Shown: positions 62,115 through 64,000 of the stretch, piece by piece
Layout: the number at the start of each line of letters is the position of its first letter
Numbering within the stretch: position 1 is the stretch's first letter
Assembly: GCF_009914755.1 (NCBI RefSeq)
Contig: NC_060947.1
DNA length: 64,000 bases
From: the human T2T-CHM13v2.0 reference genome, Homo sapiens
Reading direction: 5' to 3' (one strand)
The notes under the pieces: model-generated
The model's input: the letters and a program-made list of their open reading frames with translations, nothing else
What the model was told of the DNA's origin: nothing
The model's database searches: none
Program-made: the position numbers and the translations under genes

Positions 62115-62699
62115 TTAATTAAATACAATACAAAATAATAATGCAACAGAGTGGACCAGCAAAAGTCATTCCTTCTAAATGAAATGGAGAAATCTCTACC
62201 AAGACCGATGAAGACAATAAGAAAATGTCTAATTAATATCAGAAATGAAAAATGTGGTATCACTACTTATGCTACAGACATTGAAGAGATGAGTATATTA
62301 TAAATGAGTATATTGGAAAATTTAGATAAAGTTTAAAAATTCCTAGAAAATATTATATAACAAAATGGACTCAAGAAAAATTAGGAAATTTTACTTCTAT
62401 TCACTGTCACAGACCACATCTGTATAATTGGAAGAAAATTACTGAAAGTTGCCAGACTTTTGTCGAGACTCCTTTCCTCAGTATTAATTATGAAAGTGAA
62501 GGTGGGTTTAGAGGTATCATAAACTTTTTTCTCCTGGTTCTTTTTTGTTTAAAGTTTACAGCATAAGGTGTTTTCCTTTCCTTGTCTGGCTGCTGTTGAT
62601 AAATTTGGGCAGCTAAAAAAAGTACTTTTTTCTTAATTTAATTAGAAATCTTAACACAGAATACAACAAAATGAAACAATTACATGATAAACCCCAATC

Positions 62700-62829
62700 T
62701 TTTTTTTAAAGTTCAGCTTTTTATTGAACACATTATAAAAGAGGTTTAGTCAAAAAGACCAAAGCCCATGTCATCATCAGACTCCTCAGATTCTTCTTTC
62801 TTTGCTTCCAGTTTCTTCTCCTCAGCTGG
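62700..62829 (-). pseudogene. RPLP1: 5'-truncated processed pseudogene of 60S acidic ribosomal protein P1
   Basis: The minus strand encodes PAEEKKLEAKKEESEESDDDMGFGLFD* (stop at 62746-62748), followed by the 3'UTR acctcttttataatgtgttcAATAAAaagctgaacttt and poly(A). Confidence 0.93.
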
Positions 62830-63035
62830 CAGTCCTTTGGTAAAAGCCAGGTACATATTCTATGGTAGTGCAGCCACATATATTGCTTTCTAATAGTCTA
62901 ATTAATATATGATTAAAGAAGAGAAAAATCTGGAATAGTGTGCATGGTGTGTGGTCAGAATACAGCTGATACAAACTCTGAGTTCACAGATCAACTGTAT
63001 CTGGATCATCTGGTGAGCATTTTGAGGTCCTACTC

Positions 63036-63346
<311 letters not shown>

Positions 63347-63559
63347 TAAAGAGTCTAATTCAGTAGATCTGGGACCACACCTTGAAATCTGCATTCTATA
63401 AGCCTATTGGGTGATTGTCATGGGCAGTTGGCTTGGGAACCAAGCCAAGAGAGAGAACCATCTTGTTTTCCCTCTCTTAGGCATCAATTGTCTTAACTGT
63501 GCTATCATATTTAAGATGGCCCTGTTTAGTAAGTTCCAAGAATACAGAAATTCTGTATT

Positions 63560-63995
63560 TGTAGTCAGATTGAAATATAATCTTGTAAGACTTTTCTGGA
63601 GAAAAATTTAGTAATATATAATAAGATTGTAGATGCATGCATGGGGAAATTCCACTTCTAAGTATATACTTACAGATGTATACTACCAGTCATGTACAAT
63701 GTTGTTAATTGCAACTGTTGCTAATGATGATAATACTGGAAATAACATAACTGCACATTCAAAGAGTGAACAGCAGTTAAAATGAATGAACTAACCTACA
63801 GTTATCAACATAGGAAGATATGGAAAATATCATGTAAAGTGAACAATGCAAATTTGAAAAAGTTGATATTGTTTACCACAGAGGTAATACTACATAATGT
63901 TTATAGATAAATACATATCTATAAAAACATACACAGCAAGGTATATGGCTTGGGTTAGTTTTGAGGATGGAAGGCACAAGGGAGGGAAGGAGAAA
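63560..63995 (+). mobile_element. L1ME-type 3' fragment
   Basis: aattccacttctaagtatatac...cagcagttaaaatgaatgaacta. Confidence 0.6.
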
Positions 63996-64000
63996 ATATG

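Overview
This is primate (most likely human) genomic DNA, either intergenic or deep intronic, and it is dominated by interspersed repeats. I count about 25 Alu elements, L1 copies of several ages (including one near-full-length ancient L1 at about 49.3-56.2 kb), L2/MIR relics, MaLR/ERV LTRs and DNA-transposon MITEs (MADE1, MER5A, MER20, MER45A, MER53, MER58, MER63, MER102, Charlie4-like, Tigger4-like). Two processed pseudogenes are recognisable: a full-length, disabled NPM1 retrocopy (17023-18345, +) and a short 3' RPLP1 retrocopy (62700-62829, -) that the ORF track misses. I cannot support any intact protein-coding exon; almost all listed ORFs are Alu/L1 read-through. I did not find a convincing new biological system. 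The most unusual signals are: a MADE1-plus-flank copy 1.6 kb from its twin; a tail-less L1 fragment apparently sharing private variants with a neighbouring L1; a motif triplication in the NPM1 copy; a 26-nt orphan poly(A) micro-insertion; a non-repeat hairpin; and a CpG-retaining AT-rich enhancer-like island. Repeat subfamily names were assigned by eye from remembered consensus sequences, and boundaries are approximate unless a TSD is quoted.
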